A program made the position numbers and the translations under genes. Positions 56,201 to 64,000 of a DNA stretch of 64,000 nt are shown one piece after another. The stretch is from Myxococcales bacterium (GTDB lineage Bacteria; Myxococcota_A; UBA9042): NCBI GenBank assembly GCA_037441385.1, contig JBBISH010000013.1, forward strand, positions 19,296-83,295, written 5' to 3'. Position 1 is the first letter of the stretch, and every line of letters starts with the position of its first letter. The notes under the pieces are model-generated. The model worked only from the letters and a program-made list of their open reading frames with translations. It was not told the origin of the DNA and searched no databases.

Positions 56201-59200
56201 ATGCGCTGCCTCACTTACGCCGATCTCGCGCCCGGACCGCTCGCCAAAAAGGTCGCCAAAGTCATCGCCGCCCTGGAGCGCGACGACTTTGCCAGCGCCG
56301 AAGTCAAGAAGCTCCACACCGGCACTTACTACCGCGCCAAGCTGGACGACGCCAGCCGCTTGCTCTTGCAGTTCGCGCAGGTGGACGGCCAGACCGTGTG
56401 CCTGGCGCTGGAGGTCATCGCCCACCACGCCTACGACAAGTCGCGGTTCTTGCGCGGCGCCGAGGTCGACGAGGCCAAGCTAGTCGTCAGTACCGCTGGG
56501 CCGGCCAGCGTGCCCGCCGAAGACCGCCAGCCGCTGCGCTACCTGCACCCGTCGCGGCCCGAGTTCCTGCTCCTGGACAAGCCGCTGTCGCTGGACGACG
56601 CCCAAGACGCCGCCCGCCGGCAGCGACCGCCGCTGGTGCTGGTGGGCTCGGCGGGGAGCGGCAAGACCGCCGTGCTGCTGACCATGCTGCGGGCCCAGTC
56701 GGGGCGGGTCGCCTACGTCACCGAGTCGCGCTGGCTGGCCGACCACGCCCGCGGGCTCTACGTGGCCCACGCTGGGGCGCCCGAGGGCCAGGAGGCCGAC
56801 TTTCTCAGCTACCAACAGCTGCTGGAGACCGTGCACATCCCCGCCGGCCGGCCGGTGACCTTCCAGGACTTTCGCACGTTCTTTGCCCGCCACCAGCACA
56901 AGGTCAAGTTCGCCGACGCCCACGCGGTCTTCGAGGAGCTGCGCGGCGTGCTGACCGCCGAGCCCGAGGGGCCGTACGACCGCGCCACCTATCTGGAATT
57001 GGGCGTCAAGCAGTCGCTGTTCGACCAGCCGGCGCGCGCCGCTCTTTACGAGGTTTTCGAGCGCTACCGCGAGTGGCTGAGCCAAAGCAGCCTGTACGAG
57101 CCGAACCTGGTGGCGCACGCCCAGCTGGGCCAGGTGCCGCCGACCTACGACTTTGTCGCGGTGGACGAGGTGCAGGATCTGACCAACGTGCAGCTGGCGC
57201 TCATCCTGCGGGCGCTGGCCAAGCCGGGCGGGTTCGTGCTGGCCGGCGACGCCAACCAGATCGTCCACCCCAACTACTTTGCCTGGTCCAAAGTCAAGAG
57301 CCTGTTCTGGCGCGGGGTGGGCGACGCCGATAACGCCGCGGTGCACATCCTGGCGGTTTCGTACCGCAATAGCCCCCAGGTCACGGCCGCGGCCAACCGC
57401 CTCCTCAAGCTCAAGCACCTGCGCTTTGGCTCCATCGACCGCGAGACCAACCGGCTGATGGAGGCGGTGGGCGGCCAGAGCGGCGTGGTCAGCGCCCTGC
57501 AGACCGGCACGCCCAGCGTGCGCGACCTGGACGAACGGACCCGCCAATCGACCGAGGCGGCGGTGGTGGTGCTGCGCGACGCCGACAAGGCCGAGGCCAA
57601 GAAGGCCTTTCGCACGCCGCTGGTGTTCTCGATCCACGAGGCCAAGGGCCTGGAATACCAGACGGTCATCCTGTATCGGCTGATCTCGGCCGAGGCCAAG
57701 CTGTACGGCGAGCTGGCCCAGGGCGTGACGGCGGCCGACTTGCAAGGCGATGAGTTGGCCTACCGCCGCGCCAAGGACAAGGCCGACAAAAGCCTCGAGA
57801 TCTACAAGTTCTACGTCAACGCCCTGTACGTGGGGCTGACCCGGGCGGTGCGCAGCGTCATCCTGATCGAGGACCAGCCGCGCCACCCGCTGCTGGGGCT
57901 TTTGGGCATCGAATTGGCCCGCGACGCCAGCGGCATTGCCGCCGCCAAGGCCAGCACCCAGCAGTGGCAGCGCGAGGCGCAGCGCCTGGAGGCCCAGGGC
58001 AAGCGCGAACAGGCCGAAGCGATTCGCCGCGATGTTCTGCACCAGACCGCGGTGCCCTGGCCGGTGCACGACGCCGAGCACCTGCCGGCGCTGTGGCAGC
58101 TGGCCTGCGACCCCAAGCCGACGTCGCAAAAGACCCGGCAAAACCTGATCGAATTCGCCTGGCTGCACGGCGAGTGGCCGACCTACAACCACCTGGCGCT
58201 GATCAGCCGGACCGGCGGGCTGGCCGAGGTCGGCTTTGCCCAACAGCGACCAGCAAAGGTCAAGGAGGCCCTGACGCGGGCACTTGGCAAGGGCCGCACT
58301 GCGCTACTGGCCGACACCGAGCGCTACGGCGTGGACCACCGCACCCAGTCGGGCCTGACCTTGCTGATGCTGGCGGCCTATACGGGCGACTTACCTCTCT
58401 GCGAAGCCCTGCTGCAGCGGGGTGCACGCCTGGATCTTCGCGACCACCGCGGTCGGATGGCGATGCACTGGGCGCTGCGCGGCGCGTTGGACGGCAGCCA
58501 CGCCAAGCGGGACACGGTGGGGCCCATCTACGATCAGGTGGCGCTGCCCAGCGTGGACGTGGATGTGGCCGGCAAGCTGGTGCAGCTGGGGCGCGAGAGC
58601 GGCGAGTACCTGCTGCTCGCGCTCATCGTGGCGCGGCAAGACGAACAGCGCGGCCACTACGGTCAGCTGGTGGAGCACGTGACGGCGGCGGTCTTGCGCA
58701 GCGGCGCCTTTGAGCACCTGCCCGATGTGGTGGTGCCGGCCAAGCGCCGCACCGGAACCTACCTGAACAATGTGCTGGCGCGCGCGTGCGTGGGTTCGAG
58801 CTACCCGGCCTGCCGCCAGCTGTGGGTGCGCAAAAGTATGGGCAACTACGCCCTGAACCCGGCGGCGCGCCTGGCGGTGACCGACGACCACGGCGAGCGG
58901 ACCTGGCTGCCCTTCGAGCAGGCCTTTGGCTCGGCTTGGGCGCGGCTGCACAATCGGGCGGTGATGGACTACATGTACGGGGGGCGGCTGCCGGCGGGGG
59001 CCTGGTCGGCGGGCCCTGCGACCAACTCCGCCGCCAAAGGCCCGGCCAAAGCCCAGGGTTTGCAGGTGGTGGCGCCGCCGCCCGCCCAGGTCAAGCCACT
59101 GACGGCCAAACAGCGCATCGCCGCCGACGTAATGGCACCCGGCTGGACCGACGCCGAGCTGCGCGCCCTGAAGGCCGAGATCAGCGCCGTGAATGTGCGC

Positions 59201-59311
59201 GAGCTGAGCGTGGAGCAGCGGCAGAACATCGCCGGGATCCGGCAAGTGCTGGCCGACATCGAGCGCGGGGTCATTGGGCATCATCAGCTGAATCCCAAGC
59301 GACGGCGGTAG
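56201..59311 (+). CDS. SF1 (UvrD-like) helicase with RelE-like N-terminal domain and ankyrin repeats
   Basis: GSAGSGKT, VDEVQD, GDANQ, SYRN, HEAKGLE, LYVGLTRA; ankyrin GLTLLMLAAYTG...LLQRGA...GRMAMHWA. Confidence 0.85.
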   Translation: MRCLTYADLAPGPLAKKVAKVIAALERDDFASAEVKKLHTGTYYRAKLDDASRLLLQFAQVDGQTVCLALEVIAHHAYDKSRFLRGAEVDEAKLVVSTAGPASVPAEDRQPLRYLHPSRPEFLLLDKPLSLDDAQDAARRQRPPLVLVGSAGSGKTAVLLTMLRAQSGRVAYVTESRWLADHARGLYVAHAGAPEGQEADFLSYQQLLETVHIPAGRPVTFQDFRTFFARHQHKVKFADAHAVFEELRGVLTAEPEGPYDRATYLELGVKQSLFDQPARAALYEVFERYREWLSQSSLYEPNLVAHAQLGQVPPTYDFVAVDEVQDLTNVQLALILRALAKPGGFVLAGDANQIVHPNYFAWSKVKSLFWRGVGDADNAAVHILAVSYRNSPQVTAAANRLLKLKHLRFGSIDRETNRLMEAVGGQSGVVSALQTGTPSVRDLDERTRQSTEAAVVVLRDADKAEAKKAFRTPLVFSIHEAKGLEYQTVILYRLISAEAKLYGELAQGVTAADLQGDELAYRRAKDKADKSLEIYKFYVNALYVGLTRAVRSVILIEDQPRHPLLGLLGIELARDASGIAAAKASTQQWQREAQRLEAQGKREQAEAIRRDVLHQTAVPWPVHDAEHLPALWQLACDPKPTSQKTRQNLIEFAWLHGEWPTYNHLALISRTGGLAEVGFAQQRPAKVKEALTRALGKGRTALLADTERYGVDHRTQSGLTLLMLAAYTGDLPLCEALLQRGARLDLRDHRGRMAMHWALRGALDGSHAKRDTVGPIYDQVALPSVDVDVAGKLVQLGRESGEYLLLALIVARQDEQRGHYGQLVEHVTAAVLRSGAFEHLPDVVVPAKRRTGTYLNNVLARACVGSSYPACRQLWVRKSMGNYALNPAARLAVTDDHGERTWLPFEQAFGSAWARLHNRAVMDYMYGGRLPAGAWSAGPATNSAAKGPAKAQGLQVVAPPPAQVKPLTAKQRIAADVMAPGWTDAELRALKAEISAVNVRELSVEQRQNIAGIRQVLADIERGVIGHHQLNPKRRR

Positions 59312-59490
59312 TTGGGGCGGGGTTTGGCTGGGCCTTTGGGCGAGCCGGCCTGAGTACGCCGTGGACTGGTCCCTGGCATGGCCTTGGCGGTTCGCGATTG
59401 GCCTCAGGCGTCTTGGCGAGAGCGCGAGCAAGCAGTGCTGGGCGGGTGCGCGTCGCGGACCGCGGAAGTTGCCGGCAGCCAAAGCAGACA

Positions 59491-59519
59491 TTGACCCACC
59501 CCGGACCGCGGCGTAGCCT
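59491..59519 (+). promoter_or_regulatory. Putative sigma70-type promoter
   Basis: TTGACC-N17-TAGCCT about 28 nt upstream of ATG 59547. Confidence 0.5.
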
Positions 59520-59546
59520 GAAAACCAGGCCACCAAGGGGAAGGGT

Positions 59547-60293
59547 ATGGGCTCGTCGCCGCAAAGTGCCGACCGCGCGTGGCGCCTGGGCTTGGTCGGC
59601 CGGGTCGCGCTGCTGGTGGGGCTGTTGGTGGCGGTGGTGGCGATGGTGCGGGGGCCACGGGTGCCGCCCGTGGTGGTGCCACCGGAGCCGGTCGCAGGAG
59701 TCGATGACGAGGCGGATGGGGACTATCGCGTGGAGGTCGAGGACAAGGTGTCGGAGTTCACTGGACCACCCACGCTGCGGGAGCAGCGGCGCCGAATGCG
59801 CGGCACATGGGTTAACACCGATGTCCAGCTCTCGTTGCACATCACCGCGGCCGGAGTCTGGGTGGTTCGCGAGCTAGGTGGCGTTTTCTCTTGCTGCACG
59901 GGGCGTTGCTTTTCCCGTGTGAATTGGCGGCTCTGCGGCGACGACGACCGCAAGTGCCTTGAGGCCGCGCACGCGAGTGTCGCTTTTTGGCATGGCCCCG
60001 GCGACACGTCGATCGCCGTGTGGCCGCCAGCCGCGCGCCTGCAGGCGACGCTCCTCGCCGAGCTTGCCGCAGGTCCTCCGGACAAGGTCGTGCGCTTGGT
60101 GCTCTCGGCGCCCGACGGTCTGCCCTTTGGCGCCATTTGGCCCTTTGAAGAGGTGGCGCGCCGGCTGATGGCTGGCCCAGGCCAGGACGGAGCACTTCTG
60201 CTGGAATACCAAGACGGAAACGTGTTGCGGACGGATGGCCTGCGCGACTGGCAGGTCGCCGGCCACGCCCCACCAGGCTACTCCGTCGAGTAA
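59547..60293 (+). CDS. Hypothetical membrane-anchored protein (weak ExbD-like C-terminal pattern)
   Basis: N-terminal TM helix, Cys cluster, VRLVLSAPDGLPFG; promoter and purine-rich RBS upstream. Confidence 0.5.
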   Translation: MGSSPQSADRAWRLGLVGRVALLVGLLVAVVAMVRGPRVPPVVVPPEPVAGVDDEADGDYRVEVEDKVSEFTGPPTLREQRRRMRGTWVNTDVQLSLHITAAGVWVVRELGGVFSCCTGRCFSRVNWRLCGDDDRKCLEAAHASVAFWHGPGDTSIAVWPPAARLQATLLAELAAGPPDKVVRLVLSAPDGLPFGAIWPFEEVARRLMAGPGQDGALLLEYQDGNVLRTDGLRDWQVAGHAPPGYSVE

Positions 60294-60299
60294 GCAGAA

Positions 60300-60539
60300 C
60301 CCCGCGTCAGCGATGCTGGCCCCGCCAGGGGTGGCGCGCCGACCAGGCGGCGCCACCGCCGGGAGCAGGGAGCTGGGATTGTGCAGGCCTTTTCTTCGAC
60401 CGGCGGCCGCAGCGCGACGGCCCGGCGGCGGGAGTGACGGAGACAGCAGGGGGTGAATTCGCCGGGCCGGGACGCCCAAAAAACCCTAGAAGACGCCCAG
60501 TAGAAAATGCCCCCCAACGCGACCCAGGCCTTGCCCCCA
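60300..60539 (+). repeat. ~240-bp structured intergenic repeat, copy B
   Basis: Direct repeat of 55912-56152. Confidence 0.8.
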
Positions 60540-60590
60540 GCCCGTACCGCTATCGCCGGTCGCCCAGGCACGAATCGACACGCCCCGGAA

Positions 60591-63500
60591 CTACCAACAC
60601 AGCGAGCAAGTCGAGTTCACGCACGTCGTTCCGCCGCCACAGCAGTCGCCATAGGCCTTGCAGTTGGCATCGCAGTAGCAGCCGCTGGGCGCCTTGCCGC
60701 CGCAGTAGCCGTCGCATTCGTTGGCGGGCGCGCAGTCCGAGCAAATCGAGCCTGGGCACGACGTGCCCACCGGCCCCGTGCCGGTAGAGTTGCAGCAGTC
60801 GCCGTACATCTTGCACGAAGCGTCGCAGTAGCAGCCGGAGCCGGCGGCACCGCAGTGGCTGTCGCAGTAGTGCGCGGGCTTGCAGTCGGCTGGGCAGTTG
60901 CTGTTGGTTTCGCCGGTTTGGCACAGCCCGTCGCCGCAGATCACCTTGAGGCAGGTGCCATTGCCGTTGCAGAACCCGCCTGGGCAGCTCGCGCCAGAGC
61001 TGACATTCTGGTGGCTGCAAACCGCGATGACGCAGGCGTCGTTGGTGCACGGGTTGCTGTCGTTGCAACTGGCGTCGCTCAGGCACGGGCAAGTCCACAG
61101 GCCAAAGGCGTTCAAGTGGATGACCCAGCCGTCGGTGCCGCCCAGGCCGCCGGCCCCCCCGTCGAAGCCGACCAAAAGGTAGCCGTCGCCGTCGTTGCGG
61201 CCGCGCGTCATGCCAGAGCTTTTGGCCGTGTCGATCGCCGAGGACGCCACGAACTGGCCGGTGGCATCGCTGCGCACGACCACGCCCAGGCTGGGCGACG
61301 CGCCGACTTGGGCAGTGGCGGCGAACAGGACCCCGTCGGCCAGCGCGGTCAGCCCGCCGTACTGGAACTGGCGACTATTGCTCAACTGATAGCTGTGGAA
61401 GCTGGTGGCATTGCCCGCCGCGTCGATCCGCCACAGCAGCAGCGCCCCTTGGGTGTTGCCATAGTTGCCGGCCGCAAGCCAGGTGCCGCCGTCGCCCGTT
61501 GGGACCGCGTCAAAGAACACATTCTGTCCGGTGATCCCGTAGTCCTTGACGTCGAGCGCCAGGCCACCCGAGGACAGACGGACGCGGACGAGGCGGTCCA
61601 GGTAGGTGCCCGTGCCCGAGCCGTAGGCCACCAAGTCGCCCCCCGGCAGCGGGTACACCACAAAGAAGTTGCTCACTTGGGGGTAGGTGTTGTCCCAGGC
61701 CTTGTTGCCGTCGGCGTCCAGGCGAAGGACCCGACCCTGGGCGGCGCCCGCCACCACCTGGTAGCCAACCAGGGCCAGGCCATCGCTCAAGGGCGCGGCG
61801 CCGTACAGGGCGTTGGCGGTCGGCGCGGTCCACAGCTTGCTGCTGGTGGGCTTGCCGTCGCTGCCCAGCGTGATCACCCAACCGTCTTGATGGGCTGCCC
61901 CGGCGCCGGTCCACGACATACCCAGCGCCAGCCAGCCGTTGCCGTTCGGCACCAAGCGGAAGATCGAGTCGGCCTCGGCGGAACCCTGAGTCGCGCTCCA
62001 CAACTGCTTGCCCTTGCTGTCCAGGCCGACGATCCAGCCGTCCTGGCCGCCCGCGCCGGTGCTGCTGGTGGTACCCACGGCCACCCAGCCTTGGCTGGTC
62101 GCCGCCACGTCGTCCAAGAAATCCTGCCCCGCTCCGCCCACGTAGCCGGTCCAGCCGCTGGGCGAATTGGTCGCGATGCATTGGCCGGCGACGCACGCGC
62201 TGCAGACCGCCGAGCCGTCGCACGCACCCTCCACGGGGGCGTGTACGCAGCTACCGCCACTGCAAGCGTCGCTGGTGCACGGGTTGCTGTCGTTGCAGTC
62301 CTTGGTCACGCCCGCGCAAGCGCCGCCTCCGCCGCAGGCGTCGCTCACGGTGCAGGGGTTGCCGTCGTCGCACGGGCCGATGAACGGCGTGAACACGCAG
62401 CCTTTGCTCTTGTCGCAACTGTCCGTCGTGCACGCCTTGCCGTCGTTGCAGGTCACGGGCGTACCGGCACAGCCGCCGGCGCCGCAGGTATCGCCGCTGG
62501 TGCAGGCGTTGCCATCGTCGCAGTTGCTGCTGGCCTTGTGCTTGCAGGTGTCCAGGTCGCAGCTGTCTTGGGTGCAGACCACGCCGTCGTCGCAGTCCTT
62601 GTCGGCCAGGCACGGGCAATCGAGCAAACCCAACGTGTTCACACGCGTCAGGGTGAGATCGTGGTTGAACGTGCCGGTGCCCTTGCGTGTGCCGGCGAGC
62701 AGGTAGCCGCCGTCTGTTTCAACGATGTCGGAGTACTCGCCAAGGTCCTGCCCCGCCACGCCAAACGTATGGGACCACAGCAGCTTGCCCTGCGGCGTGA
62801 CCCGGCCCGCCCAGCCGGCCAGCGACGGCGCGCCACCGACCAGCAGCACGTCGCCACCCAGGGTCTCGCGCAGCCCGCGCAGCCACGCTGCGGCCCCCAT
62901 CGGTACCGCCAGCGCCTTGTTCGCCACCGCCCCGGTGGCATCCAGCCAATAGAAGTCAAAGGTCGACGGCAGCGGCGCCTGCTGGGCCACGAGCAGCATA
63001 CTCCCGTCGCTGCGGCCCAAGCCCAGCTGCGGATAGTCGTCGGCCGCGGTGCCAAAGCTGATCTTTTCGGCCAAGTTTCCTTGAGCATCCAGGCGCGCCC
63101 ACACCAGATCGCCGGTGCCAAGGCCGCCGCCCACCACGTGGACCCCACCATCGCTGCGCGGCGCCGCGGCCAGCGGGTAGATGCCCGGCAGCAGCGCTTC
63201 CAAGACGACCGACCCATCGCCGGCCACCTGGACCACATGGCCCTTGGTCACCCCGCCATCCAACGTCGCGGTCGCCGCCAGCAGCAAGCCGTCGCCGCCC
63301 AGCGGCGTGGCGCGGAGTAGGGTATGGCCCAAGGTGTAGGTCTGGCCCACAGCCACAGGTACGCCCACTGGTTTGCCCGTGTTGTCGGCGCGCTGCACCA
63401 TTAGGGTCTTGTCGTCGTCGCCGACCAGCGCGTAACCGCCACCGCTCAGCGCCACCGCCGCCCGAGGGGCAAAACCGCTGATGGCCGAGGAGTTCCACGT

Positions 63501-64000
63501 CATGGTCAGCTTGGCATCCAGGGCCGAGAAGAAGGGCCCGTCCACCGATCCTAGCGCCAGCCAACCCCCGGCCGGTGTGGCGAAAACACCGTAGAACGCC
63601 TCTGTGCTGCCGTTCTTGTTGTAGAAGAAACTGCCGCCGCCTGCGGTCGCTTTGGGCAGGCACACGCCGCCCAGGCAGAAGCTGCACGTCGGCCCGCAGT
63701 TGGCGATGGGGGTGTGCTGGCATTGCCCGCCGACGCAGCTATCGGTGGTGCAGTTCTGGCCGTCGTCGCAGTCGAGGGCGGTGTGTTGGCAGGTGCCGCC
63801 GCTGCAGCTGTCGGTGGTGCAGGCGTCGCCATCGCTGCAGTCCTTGGCCGTGCCGGCGCACTTGGCGCCCACGCCGCACGCGTCGCCAACCGTGCAGGGG
63901 TTGCCGTCGTCGCAGGGGTCGCTGCTAGGGGTAAACGCGCAGCCCTTCTTGGCGTCGCAGCTGTTGATGGTGCAGGGGTTGCCGTCGTCGCAAGTCAGCG
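60591..64000 (-). CDS. Large Cys-rich surface protein (CDDGNPCTxDxC repeats, two beta-propeller-like domains, C-terminal somatomedin-B-like motifs); 5' end outside the window
   Basis: Frame open to the window end; repeated CDDGxxCT units; CYCDASCKMYGDCC and CYCDANCKAYGDCC. Confidence 0.85.
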   Translation of the reverse strand, partial: LTCDDGNPCTINSCDAKKGCAFTPSSDPCDDGNPCTVGDACGVGAKCAGTAKDCSDGDACTTDSCSGGTCQHTALDCDDGQNCTTDSCVGGQCQHTPIANCGPTCSFCLGGVCLPKATAGGGSFFYNKNGSTEAFYGVFATPAGGWLALGSVDGPFFSALDAKLTMTWNSSAISGFAPRAAVALSGGGYALVGDDDKTLMVQRADNTGKPVGVPVAVGQTYTLGHTLLRATPLGGDGLLLAATATLDGGVTKGHVVQVAGDGSVVLEALLPGIYPLAAAPRSDGGVHVVGGGLGTGDLVWARLDAQGNLAEKISFGTAADDYPQLGLGRSDGSMLLVAQQAPLPSTFDFYWLDATGAVANKALAVPMGAAAWLRGLRETLGGDVLLVGGAPSLAGWAGRVTPQGKLLWSHTFGVAGQDLGEYSDIVETDGGYLLAGTRKGTGTFNHDLTLTRVNTLGLLDCPCLADKDCDDGVVCTQDSCDLDTCKHKASSNCDDGNACTSGDTCGAGGCAGTPVTCNDGKACTTDSCDKSKGCVFTPFIGPCDDGNPCTVSDACGGGGACAGVTKDCNDSNPCTSDACSGGSCVHAPVEGACDGSAVCSACVAGQCIATNSPSGWTGYVGGAGQDFLDDVAATSQGWVAVGTTSSTGAGGQDGWIVGLDSKGKQLWSATQGSAEADSIFRLVPNGNGWLALGMSWTGAGAAHQDGWVITLGSDGKPTSSKLWTAPTANALYGAAPLSDGLALVGYQVVAGAAQGRVLRLDADGNKAWDNTYPQVSNFFVVYPLPGGDLVAYGSGTGTYLDRLVRVRLSSGGLALDVKDYGITGQNVFFDAVPTGDGGTWLAAGNYGNTQGALLLWRIDAAGNATSFHSYQLSNSRQFQYGGLTALADGVLFAATAQVGASPSLGVVVRSDATGQFVASSAIDTAKSSGMTRGRNDGDGYLLVGFDGGAGGLGGTDGWVIHLNAFGLWTCPCLSDASCNDSNPCTNDACVIAVCSHQNVSSGASCPGGFCNGNGTCLKVICGDGLCQTGETNSNCPADCKPAHYCDSHCGAAGSGCYCDASCKMYGDCCNSTGTGPVGTSCPGSICSDCAPANECDGYCGGKAPSGCYCDANCKAYGDCCGGGTTCVNSTCSLCW

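Overview
High-GC bacterial DNA, most likely from a Myxococcota/deltaproteobacterial genome (inferred from the Cys-rich repeat lipoproteins, CHAT/TPR protein and multiheme cytochromes). The left part holds the rpmH-rnpA-yidD-yidC-jag housekeeping operon without an adjacent dnaA, plus signalling and envelope genes. The middle has a minus-strand operon running from a RAPP-motif Cys/His-rich leader ORF through a Cyc2-like cytochrome-porin, cupredoxin, Rieske protein, cytochrome b and 8-heme cytochrome c to a small Met-rich lipoprotein. It is followed by a CHASE2 adenylate cyclase/FecR pair and a lipoprotein with 18 candidate heme sites. The right part is defence-island-like: a decaying type I R-M locus (hsdR relic fused to fic, hsdM with TPPF instead of NPPF, hsdS), a coupled class III cyclase-like + UPF0489 pair, a Panacea-Fic pair, a DUF4160/DUF2442 pair, a RelE-like/UvrD/ankyrin protein and two paralogous HTH-like genes. 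Three non-coding repeat families are visible: a 132-bp MITE-like element (3 copies), a ~240-bp structured direct repeat (2 copies) and REP-like palindromes bracketing the R-M island. I found no rRNA, tRNA, CRISPR array, transposase or integrase. All family calls come from motif recognition by eye, not database searches.
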